Assembly (NCBI GenBank): GCA_017390725.1
Contig: JAFPAV010000020.1
Location: 3,898-67,897 of the forward strand
DNA: 64,000 nt
Direction of reading: 5' to 3'
DNA from: Clostridia bacterium
GTDB lineage: Bacteria; Bacillota; Clostridia; Oscillospirales; Acutalibacteraceae
Positions within the stretch are counted from its first letter, which is position 1; every line of letters starts with the position of its first letter. Below, in pieces: positions 18,599-25,849 of the stretch. A program made the translations under genes and the position numbers. The notes beneath the pieces were generated by a model, which ran no database searches, had not been told where the DNA came from, and saw nothing but the letters and a program-made list of their open reading frames with translations.

Positions 18599-20341
18599 AT
18601 GCTTAAAACCCTGGCAAAATCTATAAGGCAATATAAATTACCTTCAATACTTACTTTGATTTTTATTGCATGTGAGGTTGTTATTGAAGTTTTTATACCC
18701 TTTATAACTGCAGACCTTGTTAACAACATTAAATCGGGTGTGCCTATTAATGAGGTTATAAAAACCGGATTTTTATTAATTATTTTAGCAATTTTATCAC
18801 TGTCTTGCGGTGGCATTGCAGGATTAACCTGCGCTAAAGCATCGGCAGGATTTGCAAAAAATCTTCGATTTGATATGTTTAATAAAATCCAGTCGTATTC
18901 CTTTGCAAATATTGATAAATTCTCATCAACCTCATTGGTTACAAGACTTACTACTGATATTACCAACGTACAGATGTCCTATATGATGCTGATCAGAACT
19001 GCTATTAGAAGTCCTATGATGTTTGTTTTTTCAATCATTATGGCATATATAATGGGTGGCGCACTTGCTACTACCTTTGTGGTTGTAGTTCCCGTATTAA
19101 TTATAGGATTATTGCTTATAAGCCGTAAAGCGATGCCTGCTTTCAGACGTGTTTTCAAAAAATATGATAGATTAAATGAATCAATTGAAGAAAACGTACG
19201 TGGTATGCGCGTTGTTAAAGGCTTTTCAAGGGAAGAATACGAAAAGCAAAAATTCGGAACTGCCGCCGAAGAAATAGTAAAGGATTTTACTAAGGCAGAA
19301 CGAATTGTTGCGCTTAATACACCCATTATGCAATTTTGCTTGTATTTTAATATGGTATTTGTACTGTTGGTTGGCTCTTATTTGGCAATAACCAGCGGTG
19401 GAACTACTATTGATGTTGGTCAAATTTCTGCGATGCTCACTTATGGAATGCAGATTCTGATGTCGCTTATGATGCTTTCAATGATATATGTTATGATTAC
19501 AATGTCTGCTGAATCGATGAAGCGTATTTGCGAAGTATTAAATGAGGAATCAACACTTAAAAATTGCGATAATCCAACAACTGAAATTAAGGATGGCTCA
19601 ATTGATTTTGAAAATGTATCCTTTAAATATTCCGAAAAGGCTAAAAGATTTGCATTAGAAAATATTAATCTCAAAATATCCTCCGGTATGACGGTTGGCA
19701 TACTTGGAGGTACTGGATCTAGTAAATCTTCTTTGGTACAGCTCATACCTCGTCTTTATGACGTAACCGAGGGTTGTGTTAAGGTGGGCGGAAGGGATGT
19801 AAGAGAATACGATATTAACGCCCTCAGGGATAGCGTTGCTATGGTATTGCAAAAAAATCAACTGTTTTCGGGTACCATTAAAGAAAATTTACGTTGGGGT
19901 AATGAATTTGCGACTGATGAAGAAATAATCGATGTTTGTAAGCTCGCTCGGGCTGATGAATTTATTTCATCCTTCCCGGAGGGATATGATACTTATATTG
20001 AGCAGGGCGGAACCAATGTATCAGGTGGTCAAAAACAACGCCTGTGCATTGCGAGAGCCTTGTTAAAGCATCCCAAAATCCTTATTCTGGATGATTCAAC
20101 AAGCGCAGTTGATACAAAAACAGATGCCTATATCCGCAAAGGGTTTAAGGAATATATTCCTAATACAACAAAAATTATTATTGCGCAGCGTGTTGCTTCT
20201 GTCCAGGATGCGGATATGATTATTGTTATGGAAAACGGTAGAATTTCTGCAGCAGGAAAGCACACGGATTTGCTTGATAATTGCGATATTTATAAGGAAA
20301 TTTATGAACAGCAAACAACAGGAGGTGGGGAAGATGCCTAG
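18599..20341 (+). CDS. ABC exporter, fused permease/ATPase half-transporter (heterodimer partner 1)
   Basis: 580 aa. A 6-TM domain followed by Walker A GGTGSSKSS, signature VSGGQKQR and Walker B LILDDSTSAVD. Confidence 0.85.
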   Translation: MLKTLAKSIRQYKLPSILTLIFIACEVVIEVFIPFITADLVNNIKSGVPINEVIKTGFLLIILAILSLSCGGIAGLTCAKASAGFAKNLRFDMFNKIQSYSFANIDKFSSTSLVTRLTTDITNVQMSYMMLIRTAIRSPMMFVFSIIMAYIMGGALATTFVVVVPVLIIGLLLISRKAMPAFRRVFKKYDRLNESIEENVRGMRVVKGFSREEYEKQKFGTAAEEIVKDFTKAERIVALNTPIMQFCLYFNMVFVLLVGSYLAITSGGTTIDVGQISAMLTYGMQILMSLMMLSMIYVMITMSAESMKRICEVLNEESTLKNCDNPTTEIKDGSIDFENVSFKYSEKAKRFALENINLKISSGMTVGILGGTGSSKSSLVQLIPRLYDVTEGCVKVGGRDVREYDINALRDSVAMVLQKNQLFSGTIKENLRWGNEFATDEEIIDVCKLARADEFISSFPEGYDTYIEQGGTNVSGGQKQRLCIARALLKHPKILILDDSTSAVDTKTDAYIRKGFKEYIPNTTKIIIAQRVASVQDADMIIVMENGRISAAGKHTDLLDNCDIYKEIYEQQTTGGGEDA

Positions 20342-22247
20342 ACCAAAAATGCCACCTATGAAGAAAAAACTTAATGTTAACGCATTAAAAAGAGTAATTA
20401 AAATATTATTCTCTTATTATCCTGTTTTGCTGCCTATAGCAATAGCATGCATTATTTTTTCTGCTGTTACTGCAGCAATTCCCGCCATTTTCAATCAGCA
20501 GGTTATTGCAGCTATTGAAGAATGGTTTGTAAGTAGAGATTGGGCTTCGGCAAAAGAAGAAATTTTACCCAAAATTATATTACTTGCTTCCCTTTATGTA
20601 ATTTCGCTTATTGCTGTAACTTCTCATACTCAATTAATGGCATATATTACTCAAGGCTTCCTTGGAAAAATGCGTAAGAAACTTTTTGATGGAATGCAAA
20701 ATCTTCCTATAAGATATTTTGATACTCATAAGCACGGCGATATTATGAGTTATTATACCAACGATATCGATACACTTCGTCAATTAATATCACAGTCGAT
20801 TCCGGCTCTGTTACAATCAAGTATTATTGTTATTGCCGTATTTTCAATAATGCTTTGGTACAGTATCTGGATGACACTTGTGGTTTTATGCGGCGTAATA
20901 ATTATGATGATTGTATCGGGTAAAATCGGCGGTGGCTCTGCAAAGTATTTTATACGCCAACAAAAGGCGATAGGAAAAACTGAAGGCTTCATACAAGAAA
21001 TGATGAATGGACAGAAGGTTGTTAAGGTTTTCTGCCACGAAGAAAAAAGCATTGTTGAGTTTGAAAAGATTAATGATGCCTTATATGAGGATAGCCGCAG
21101 AGCCCATGCATATGCCAACTGTTTAGGTCCGATTATTATGAATTTGGGCAATATTTTATATGTAATTATTGCAACTGTTGGCGGATTATTCTTACTGTCC
21201 GGCGCGAAGAATTTCAGTATATCGGGCATGGCATTTCAGATTAGTATTATAATACCTTTTCTTAATATGACTAAGCAGTTTACGGGTAATATTAATCAGG
21301 TAACTCAACAGATTAATTCTGTTGTAATGGGTATGGCAGGTGCCGAGCGTGTCTTTGAACTAATGGATGCTCAGTCTGAGACTGATGACGGTTATGTAAC
21401 CCTTGTTAATGCAAAAATTGATTCTGAAGGTAACATCACAGAAACTGACGAGCGAACAGGTATGTGGGCATGGAAGCATCCCCATACAGACGGCACCTTA
21501 ACCTATACAAAGCTCATGGGTGACGTGCGTCTTAATGATGTTGATTTCGGCTATACCGATGATAAAATTGTTCTGAAAAATATTGATATCTATGCAGAAC
21601 CCGGTCAGCAAATAGCTTTTGTTGGAGCTACGGGCGCAGGTAAAACAACCATTACAAATCTTTTAAACAGATTTTATGATATTGCTGATGGTAAAATTAG
21701 GTATGACGGTATTAATATCAACAAAATCAAGAAAAGTGACCTTCGCCGTTCACTTGGAATAGTTTTACAGGAAACAAATTTGTTTACGGGAACGGTTATG
21801 GAAAATATTCGGTACGGCCGACTTGAGGCTACCGATGAAGAATGTATTAAGGCTGCAAAGCTTGCAGGTGCCGATGATTTCATTACAAGACTTCCTGACG
21901 GCTATGAAACCGAGCTTACAAACAATGGCGCAAATCTTTCGCAGGGTCAGCGCCAGTTGATTGCAATAGCTCGTGCCGCCGTTGCAGATCCTCCTGTTAT
22001 GATACTCGATGAAGCTACTTCCAGTATTGATACAAGAACAGAAGCTATTGTACAAAAGGGCATGGAAATGCTTATGAAGGGAAGAACGGTATTTGTTATA
22101 GCACACCGTCTTTCAACCGTTAAAAATTCTGATGTCATTATGGTATTAGAGCAGGGAAGAATTATTGAGCGTGGAACACACGATGCTCTAATCGAACAAA
22201 AAGGCAAATATTATCAGCTTTATACAGGCGCTTTTGAGCTTGAATAG
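20334..22247 (+). CDS. ABC exporter, fused permease/ATPase half-transporter (heterodimer partner 2)
   Basis: ATG at 20334 after GGAGGTG, overlapping the upstream stop by 8 nt. GATGAGKTT, LSQGQRQL, MILDEATSSID. It has an extra ~60-aa insertion between the TMD and the NBD. Confidence 0.85.
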   Translation: MPRPKMPPMKKKLNVNALKRVIKILFSYYPVLLPIAIACIIFSAVTAAIPAIFNQQVIAAIEEWFVSRDWASAKEEILPKIILLASLYVISLIAVTSHTQLMAYITQGFLGKMRKKLFDGMQNLPIRYFDTHKHGDIMSYYTNDIDTLRQLISQSIPALLQSSIIVIAVFSIMLWYSIWMTLVVLCGVIIMMIVSGKIGGGSAKYFIRQQKAIGKTEGFIQEMMNGQKVVKVFCHEEKSIVEFEKINDALYEDSRRAHAYANCLGPIIMNLGNILYVIIATVGGLFLLSGAKNFSISGMAFQISIIIPFLNMTKQFTGNINQVTQQINSVVMGMAGAERVFELMDAQSETDDGYVTLVNAKIDSEGNITETDERTGMWAWKHPHTDGTLTYTKLMGDVRLNDVDFGYTDDKIVLKNIDIYAEPGQQIAFVGATGAGKTTITNLLNRFYDIADGKIRYDGININKIKKSDLRRSLGIVLQETNLFTGTVMENIRYGRLEATDEECIKAAKLAGADDFITRLPDGYETELTNNGANLSQGQRQLIAIARAAVADPPVMILDEATSSIDTRTEAIVQKGMEMLMKGRTVFVIAHRLSTVKNSDVIMVLEQGRIIERGTHDALIEQKGKYYQLYTGAFELE

Positions 22248-22250
22248 TAA

Positions 22251-22278
22251 AAAACTCGGACTTTTGTCCGAGTTTTTG
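22251..22278 (+). terminator. Rho-independent terminator after the ABC exporter operon
   Basis: Stem CTCGGAC/GTCCGAG with loop TTTT, followed by TTTTT. Confidence 0.8.
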
Positions 22279-22348
22279 CATATTTTAAGCAAAAAAATAA
22301 TATTATTTAGTAATCAATAATTTTGTTTAAAACAGATAGGAGATTACT

Positions 22349-23869
22349 ATGGAGCAGAATTGCATAAAAACAAATATCTATTATAATGAAAAGCTTTGCG
22401 AAAACTCTGCAGAAGTACCTATTGATATAGAGTTTTCGTTACCTGATTACTGTCCTGATATTTCTAAAATTCTTAAATGTAGAGCAGTATCACGCATCTC
22501 TTCAAAAAATATTAACGGTAATAATGTGGTAATAGACGGAACTATCACTATAAACCTACTTTATTCAAACGAAGAATCATACATTTTTTCTTATGAATAT
22601 CAATATCCATTTAATAAAAGCTTTAACTATGATGGCGAAATCAATGAGTGTAATATTTGTTGTAAATCGAAATGTGAATATGTAAATTGCAGGGCTATTA
22701 GCGGCAGAAAACTTGAGATACACGGAGCTGCTTCTTTGCAATGCAATATTATAAAGAAAAATAAAACCGAGGTTATTTCGGATATCGATAACAAAGGGAT
22801 TGAAATCAACCGTTTATTTTTACCTGCAACACTACCTGTAGGCAATACTGATAAATATCTGTTAATCGAGGAAGAAATCGAGGTTGGTAACGGACAGCCG
22901 CCTATAAGAAGCATTTTGCGATATGATTCAAAATGCTGTATCAGTGAGGTAAAGATAATTAACGATAAGGTAGTGGTTTCGGGCGAAATCTATTTACCGA
23001 TACTTTATTGTAGTGATACCGATAGCAGTTTACAATCGTTAAAACCAAGGATTCCTTTCAGTCAGATAATAGAAATGCCGGGTATTAATGATGGATGTAA
23101 ATGTAATACAAAGGCTGAAATAGCGTTTATTGAGCTTAAATTGCGTAATACGCCTTCCGGCGAAGCAACGAGTATCCTTGCTAATATTAAGGTTTTAATC
23201 AGCTGTGAGGCGATTTGTGAGAACGATATTGCGGTTATATCAGATGCATATTCAAAGAAAAACAGATTAAATCTTTCCAAAAAAGACATTGATATTAATA
23301 AAATTATTGCAAATATATCTGAAACAAGTAATCTAAAATATGATACTGAGCTTACAGATGAAGTAAAAAACATAGTTGATTTATGGTGTGATATTCGTGA
23401 GGTGCATACTAAAATAGCCAATAATAAAATATGTATTTTCGGTGATTTGGTTGTAGGAGTTATCTATCTGAACAATCAGGATTTGCCGATGTTTTGCGAA
23501 AGAATTTTTGATTTTTCATATGAGGAAGAGGTTAATCAAAACGGTTGCAAATGCGACCCGCAAATTGAGGTATCTTCAATAGGTTATTTTCTGACAGGAG
23601 CTTCAACGGTTGAAATCAGGATTGATATTAAGGTTAATGCTGCCGTTTATGAGTGTTGTAGTATGCCGCTTATAGTGGATTATAAGGTTGAGGAAAAGAA
23701 AACCTGCGAAAACAACTGTGCGATGCTTATTTATTATCCTTCGGTAGGGGAGAATATATGGGAAATAGCTAAACAGTTTAATTCCAGTAAGGAAGAAATT
23801 AAAAAAATTAATTCGGTTAAAGAAGATGTTATTAGCGATAAGCAGATGCTTTTAATTCCTATAAGTTAA
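22349..23869 (+). CDS. DUF3794 repeat protein with a C-terminal LysM domain (SipL/SpoVID-like spore morphogenetic protein)
   Basis: 506 aa. LPDYCPDISKILKC is a DUF3794-type motif. The C-terminal YYPSVGENIWEIAKQFNSSKEEIKKINSV...LLIP is a LysM domain. The architecture matches clostridial SipL as I remember it. Confidence 0.6.
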   Translation: MEQNCIKTNIYYNEKLCENSAEVPIDIEFSLPDYCPDISKILKCRAVSRISSKNINGNNVVIDGTITINLLYSNEESYIFSYEYQYPFNKSFNYDGEINECNICCKSKCEYVNCRAISGRKLEIHGAASLQCNIIKKNKTEVISDIDNKGIEINRLFLPATLPVGNTDKYLLIEEEIEVGNGQPPIRSILRYDSKCCISEVKIINDKVVVSGEIYLPILYCSDTDSSLQSLKPRIPFSQIIEMPGINDGCKCNTKAEIAFIELKLRNTPSGEATSILANIKVLISCEAICENDIAVISDAYSKKNRLNLSKKDIDINKIIANISETSNLKYDTELTDEVKNIVDLWCDIREVHTKIANNKICIFGDLVVGVIYLNNQDLPMFCERIFDFSYEEEVNQNGCKCDPQIEVSSIGYFLTGASTVEIRIDIKVNAAVYECCSMPLIVDYKVEEKKTCENNCAMLIYYPSVGENIWEIAKQFNSSKEEIKKINSVKEDVISDKQMLLIPIS

Positions 23870-23876
23870 TTAAAAA

Positions 23877-23903
23877 GAGGGACATTTTTTGTGTCCCTTT
23901 TAT
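23877..23903 (+). terminator. Rho-independent terminator after the SipL-like gene
   Basis: Stem AGGGACA/TGTCCCT with a 7-nt loop, followed by a T run. Confidence 0.7.
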
Positions 23904-24411
23904 AATAGGTTATTTTGTTAAAAAATTAACAAAATAGAAGATAAAGATTTCTTAATCATAAACGATTATGTAATTTTGAAAAAATATAATTTCCAAAATG
24001 GATAGGTAATCGGTTAAAACAAAAAATTTACTTAAAAAGTAATTGGTTTTGATTTAATAATAAAATTGAATTTAAAATCAAATTTTTAACATTTATGAGA
24101 TATTTAAATTAAAATTCATTAAAATTAATAGCTTTTAATATAAATAATTGAAACTAAAAAAATAACAGCTGCTTATCAGGCGATAGAAATTTTTCTAATG
24201 AGGTAAGTACCAAATTAAAAATTTTTAAAGGATGTCTTTTTTAAGATTTCACAAGAAAAAGCAATAAAAGAGAAAAATTTAAAGAAAAAAATAAATTTTG
24301 TAAGAATGTTAGGTAATAAAAAATTTTTTAATAATAGAAGTTGAAAATTATTATTAAAAGTTAATTACAATTAATTTAATGGAAATGTGATAAATATATA
24401 TAAGATATTAT

Positions 24412-24440
24412 TGTAAATATCTAATAATGTGTCTATATAA
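24412..24440 (+). promoter_or_regulatory. Candidate sigma-A promoter (TTGTAA-17 nt-TATATA) directly upstream of the C-rich element
   Basis: TTGTAA at 24412-24417, a 17-nt spacer, and TATATA at 24435-24440. The AGCCCC repeats begin at 24441. Confidence 0.35.
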
Positions 24441-24497
24441 GCCCCGAAAGAGCCCCTGCGGCCGATTCCTTGAAAAAACTATTTAAATACTCCCCTC

Positions 24498-24529
24498 AAT
24501 TATACTAAATATTCATTTAGTATAATTGG
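24498..24529. repeat. Perfect 14-bp inverted repeat with a 4-nt centre (CAATTATACTAAAT-ATTC-ATTTAGTATAATTG)
   Basis: Read directly from the sequence; the arms are 24498-24511 and 24516-24529. Confidence 0.9.
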
Positions 24530-24603
24530 ACTAATAAAAAATTTAGTCTAATTTATTAAGGCTCCCCGCCTGGTATTATCACAAATTAATTTTAGAAAAG
24601 ACT

Positions 24604-24632
24604 TGATTTTATAATATATGTGTTGTATAATA
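24604..24632 (+). promoter_or_regulatory. Sigma-A promoter for tRNA-Leu (TTGATT-17 nt-TATAAT)
   Basis: TTGATT at 24604-24609 and TATAAT at 24627-24632, 23 nt before the tRNA 5' end. Confidence 0.55.
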
Positions 24633-24655
24633 TCAAGGTCAATTTAATTTGATTT

Positions 24656-24742
24656 GCCGGTGTGATGGAATTGGCAGACGTAGTGGACTCAAAATCCACC
24701 GGTGGCGACACCGTGCCGGTTCGAGTCCGGCCACCGGCACCA
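24656..24742 (+). tRNA. tRNA-Leu (anticodon CAA), long variable arm, CCA encoded
   Basis: Acceptor GCCGGTG/CACCGGC, anticodon stem GTGGA/TCCAC with loop CTCAAAA, long variable arm, T arm CCGGTTCGAGTCCGG, and a 3' CCA. Confidence 0.95.
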
Positions 24743-24745
24743 GTC

Positions 24746-24795
24746 GAGAGCCTCGACACGCAAACGCGTATTGAGGTTCTCTTTTTATTTTTAAT
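24746..24795 (+). terminator. Rho-independent terminator after tRNA-Leu
   Basis: Stem GAGAGCCTC/GAGGTTCTC (one G-U pair) with an inner ACGC/GCGT helix, followed by TTTTTATTTTT. Confidence 0.65.
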
Positions 24796-24843
24796 CATTG
24801 CCTTGCGTCTAAAGTTTTATATGTTACGCACTACCACACTATT

Positions 24844-24881
24844 GAGAGCTAACAACTTATGTTGTTGGCTCTTCTTTTTTT
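24844..24881 (+). terminator. Second tandem rho-independent terminator
   Basis: ~12-bp stem AGAGCTAACAAC/GTTGTTGGCTCT with loop TTAT, followed by TTTTTTT. Confidence 0.7.
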
Positions 24882-24917
24882 ACTCCCCTATCAAACTTTA
24901 AGTTTTAAAAAACTTTC

Positions 24918-24944
24918 ACCTATTTTTAAAGAAAACATAAGATA
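24918..24944 (+). promoter_or_regulatory. Candidate mother-cell sporulation promoter (sigma-K-like AC-16 nt-CATAnnnTA) for the Cys-rich protein gene
   Basis: AC at 24918-24919, a 16-nt spacer, and CATAAGATA at 24936-24944, 41 nt upstream of the ATG. The match is to the B. subtilis consensus as I remember it, and the motif is short. Confidence 0.3.
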
Positions 24945-24984
24945 TATTGAAGTTAAACTTCAAAAATTGATAGGAGGCTATTTT

Positions 24985-25815
24985 ATGGCAGAACTTAAAA
25001 ATGGCTGTTTTCCTGACGATGCGGCCTTTAAAGAAGCTGTATGCGTGGATGTAGGCAGAGTTTACGATTCCTGCTGTGACAGAGACTGTCTTGAAGATTT
25101 GCGCTGCTTTTTCCTGCCGGACGCTCAGGAGCTCGTTAATGAGGCATCAAATGTAAGATTGCGTTCAGCTGAAGTACTTAAGGTATATATCAATGTAGAA
25201 CCGGTTAATTTCCATAAAGGATTTTTCTCTTGTGATTTAACCTTCTTCTTCCGTTTAGAATTTGATATTTATACCTCCCCCAACACTTGCCCACAACAGA
25301 TAAAAGGTGTTACCTCATTTACTAAAAAGGTAATACTTTACGGCAGTGAAGGTAATGTTAAGTCATTCTCAAGTGTTATTGATAATGATGATAACTGCAA
25401 CACCCTTGCAATCCAGTCCAGTAATATGCCTAAATGCGTTGTTCAGACAGTAGACCCTATTCCCCTTTCAGCACGAAAAGGCGAAATACACGACTGCTAT
25501 GACAATGTTAGATGCATTCCTAAGTGCATATGTGATTTCTTAGGTGGCGAGGTTATCACAAATCAGCACAAAGGCGATACAACTATCTATGTAACAATAG
25601 GCTTATTCTCGATTATTCAATTAATAAGAAACGTTCAGATGCTTATTCCCGTATATGATTTCTGTATTCCCGAAAAACAGTGTGACACTGGCACAACTGA
25701 CCAGCCTTGCGACATATTCAGCAGAATAAAATTCCCCACAGACGACTTCTTCCCGCCCCGCAGAAATGACGACTGCGAGAACTTTGGCTGCTCCTGCAAA
25801 AATAACGAAGAATAA
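24985..25815 (+). CDS. Cysteine-rich hypothetical protein (20 Cys in 276 aa; no signal peptide); possible spore coat or exosporium component
   Basis: Strong SD TAGGAGG 7 nt before the ATG at 24985; the track ORF opens at 24859. Begins MAELKNGCFPDDAAFKEAVCVDVGRVYDSCCDRDCLEDLRCFF and ends DDCENFGCSCKNNEE. Bracketed by terminators. Confidence 0.75.
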   Translation: MAELKNGCFPDDAAFKEAVCVDVGRVYDSCCDRDCLEDLRCFFLPDAQELVNEASNVRLRSAEVLKVYINVEPVNFHKGFFSCDLTFFFRLEFDIYTSPNTCPQQIKGVTSFTKKVILYGSEGNVKSFSSVIDNDDNCNTLAIQSSNMPKCVVQTVDPIPLSARKGEIHDCYDNVRCIPKCICDFLGGEVITNQHKGDTTIYVTIGLFSIIQLIRNVQMLIPVYDFCIPEKQCDTGTTDQPCDIFSRIKFPTDDFFPPRRNDDCENFGCSCKNNEE

Positions 25816-25820
25816 TAAAA

Positions 25821-25845
25821 TATCCCGAGTTTAAAACTCGGGATA
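25821..25845. terminator. Bidirectional hairpin between the convergent Cys-rich gene and the phosphohexomutase gene
   Basis: 9-bp stem TATCCCGAG/CTCGGGATA with a 7-nt loop and A/T-rich flanks. Confidence 0.7.
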
Positions 25846-25849
25846 AAAT

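Noticed and set aside
23904-24603. The AT-rich desert as a replication origin (oriC-like)
   Set aside because: I found no DnaA-box-like 9-mers (TTATCCACA or close variants). The nearest, TTATCAGGC at about 24172, is poor. No dnaA/dnaN genes flank it.
24592-24901. Track ORFs overlapping tRNA-Leu (24592-24798 minus, 24662-24901 plus), and similarly 13794-14019 over tRNA-Gly
   Set aside because: Both regions fold into canonical cloverleaf tRNAs with promoters and terminators. The ORFs have no SD and read through tRNA and terminator sequence.
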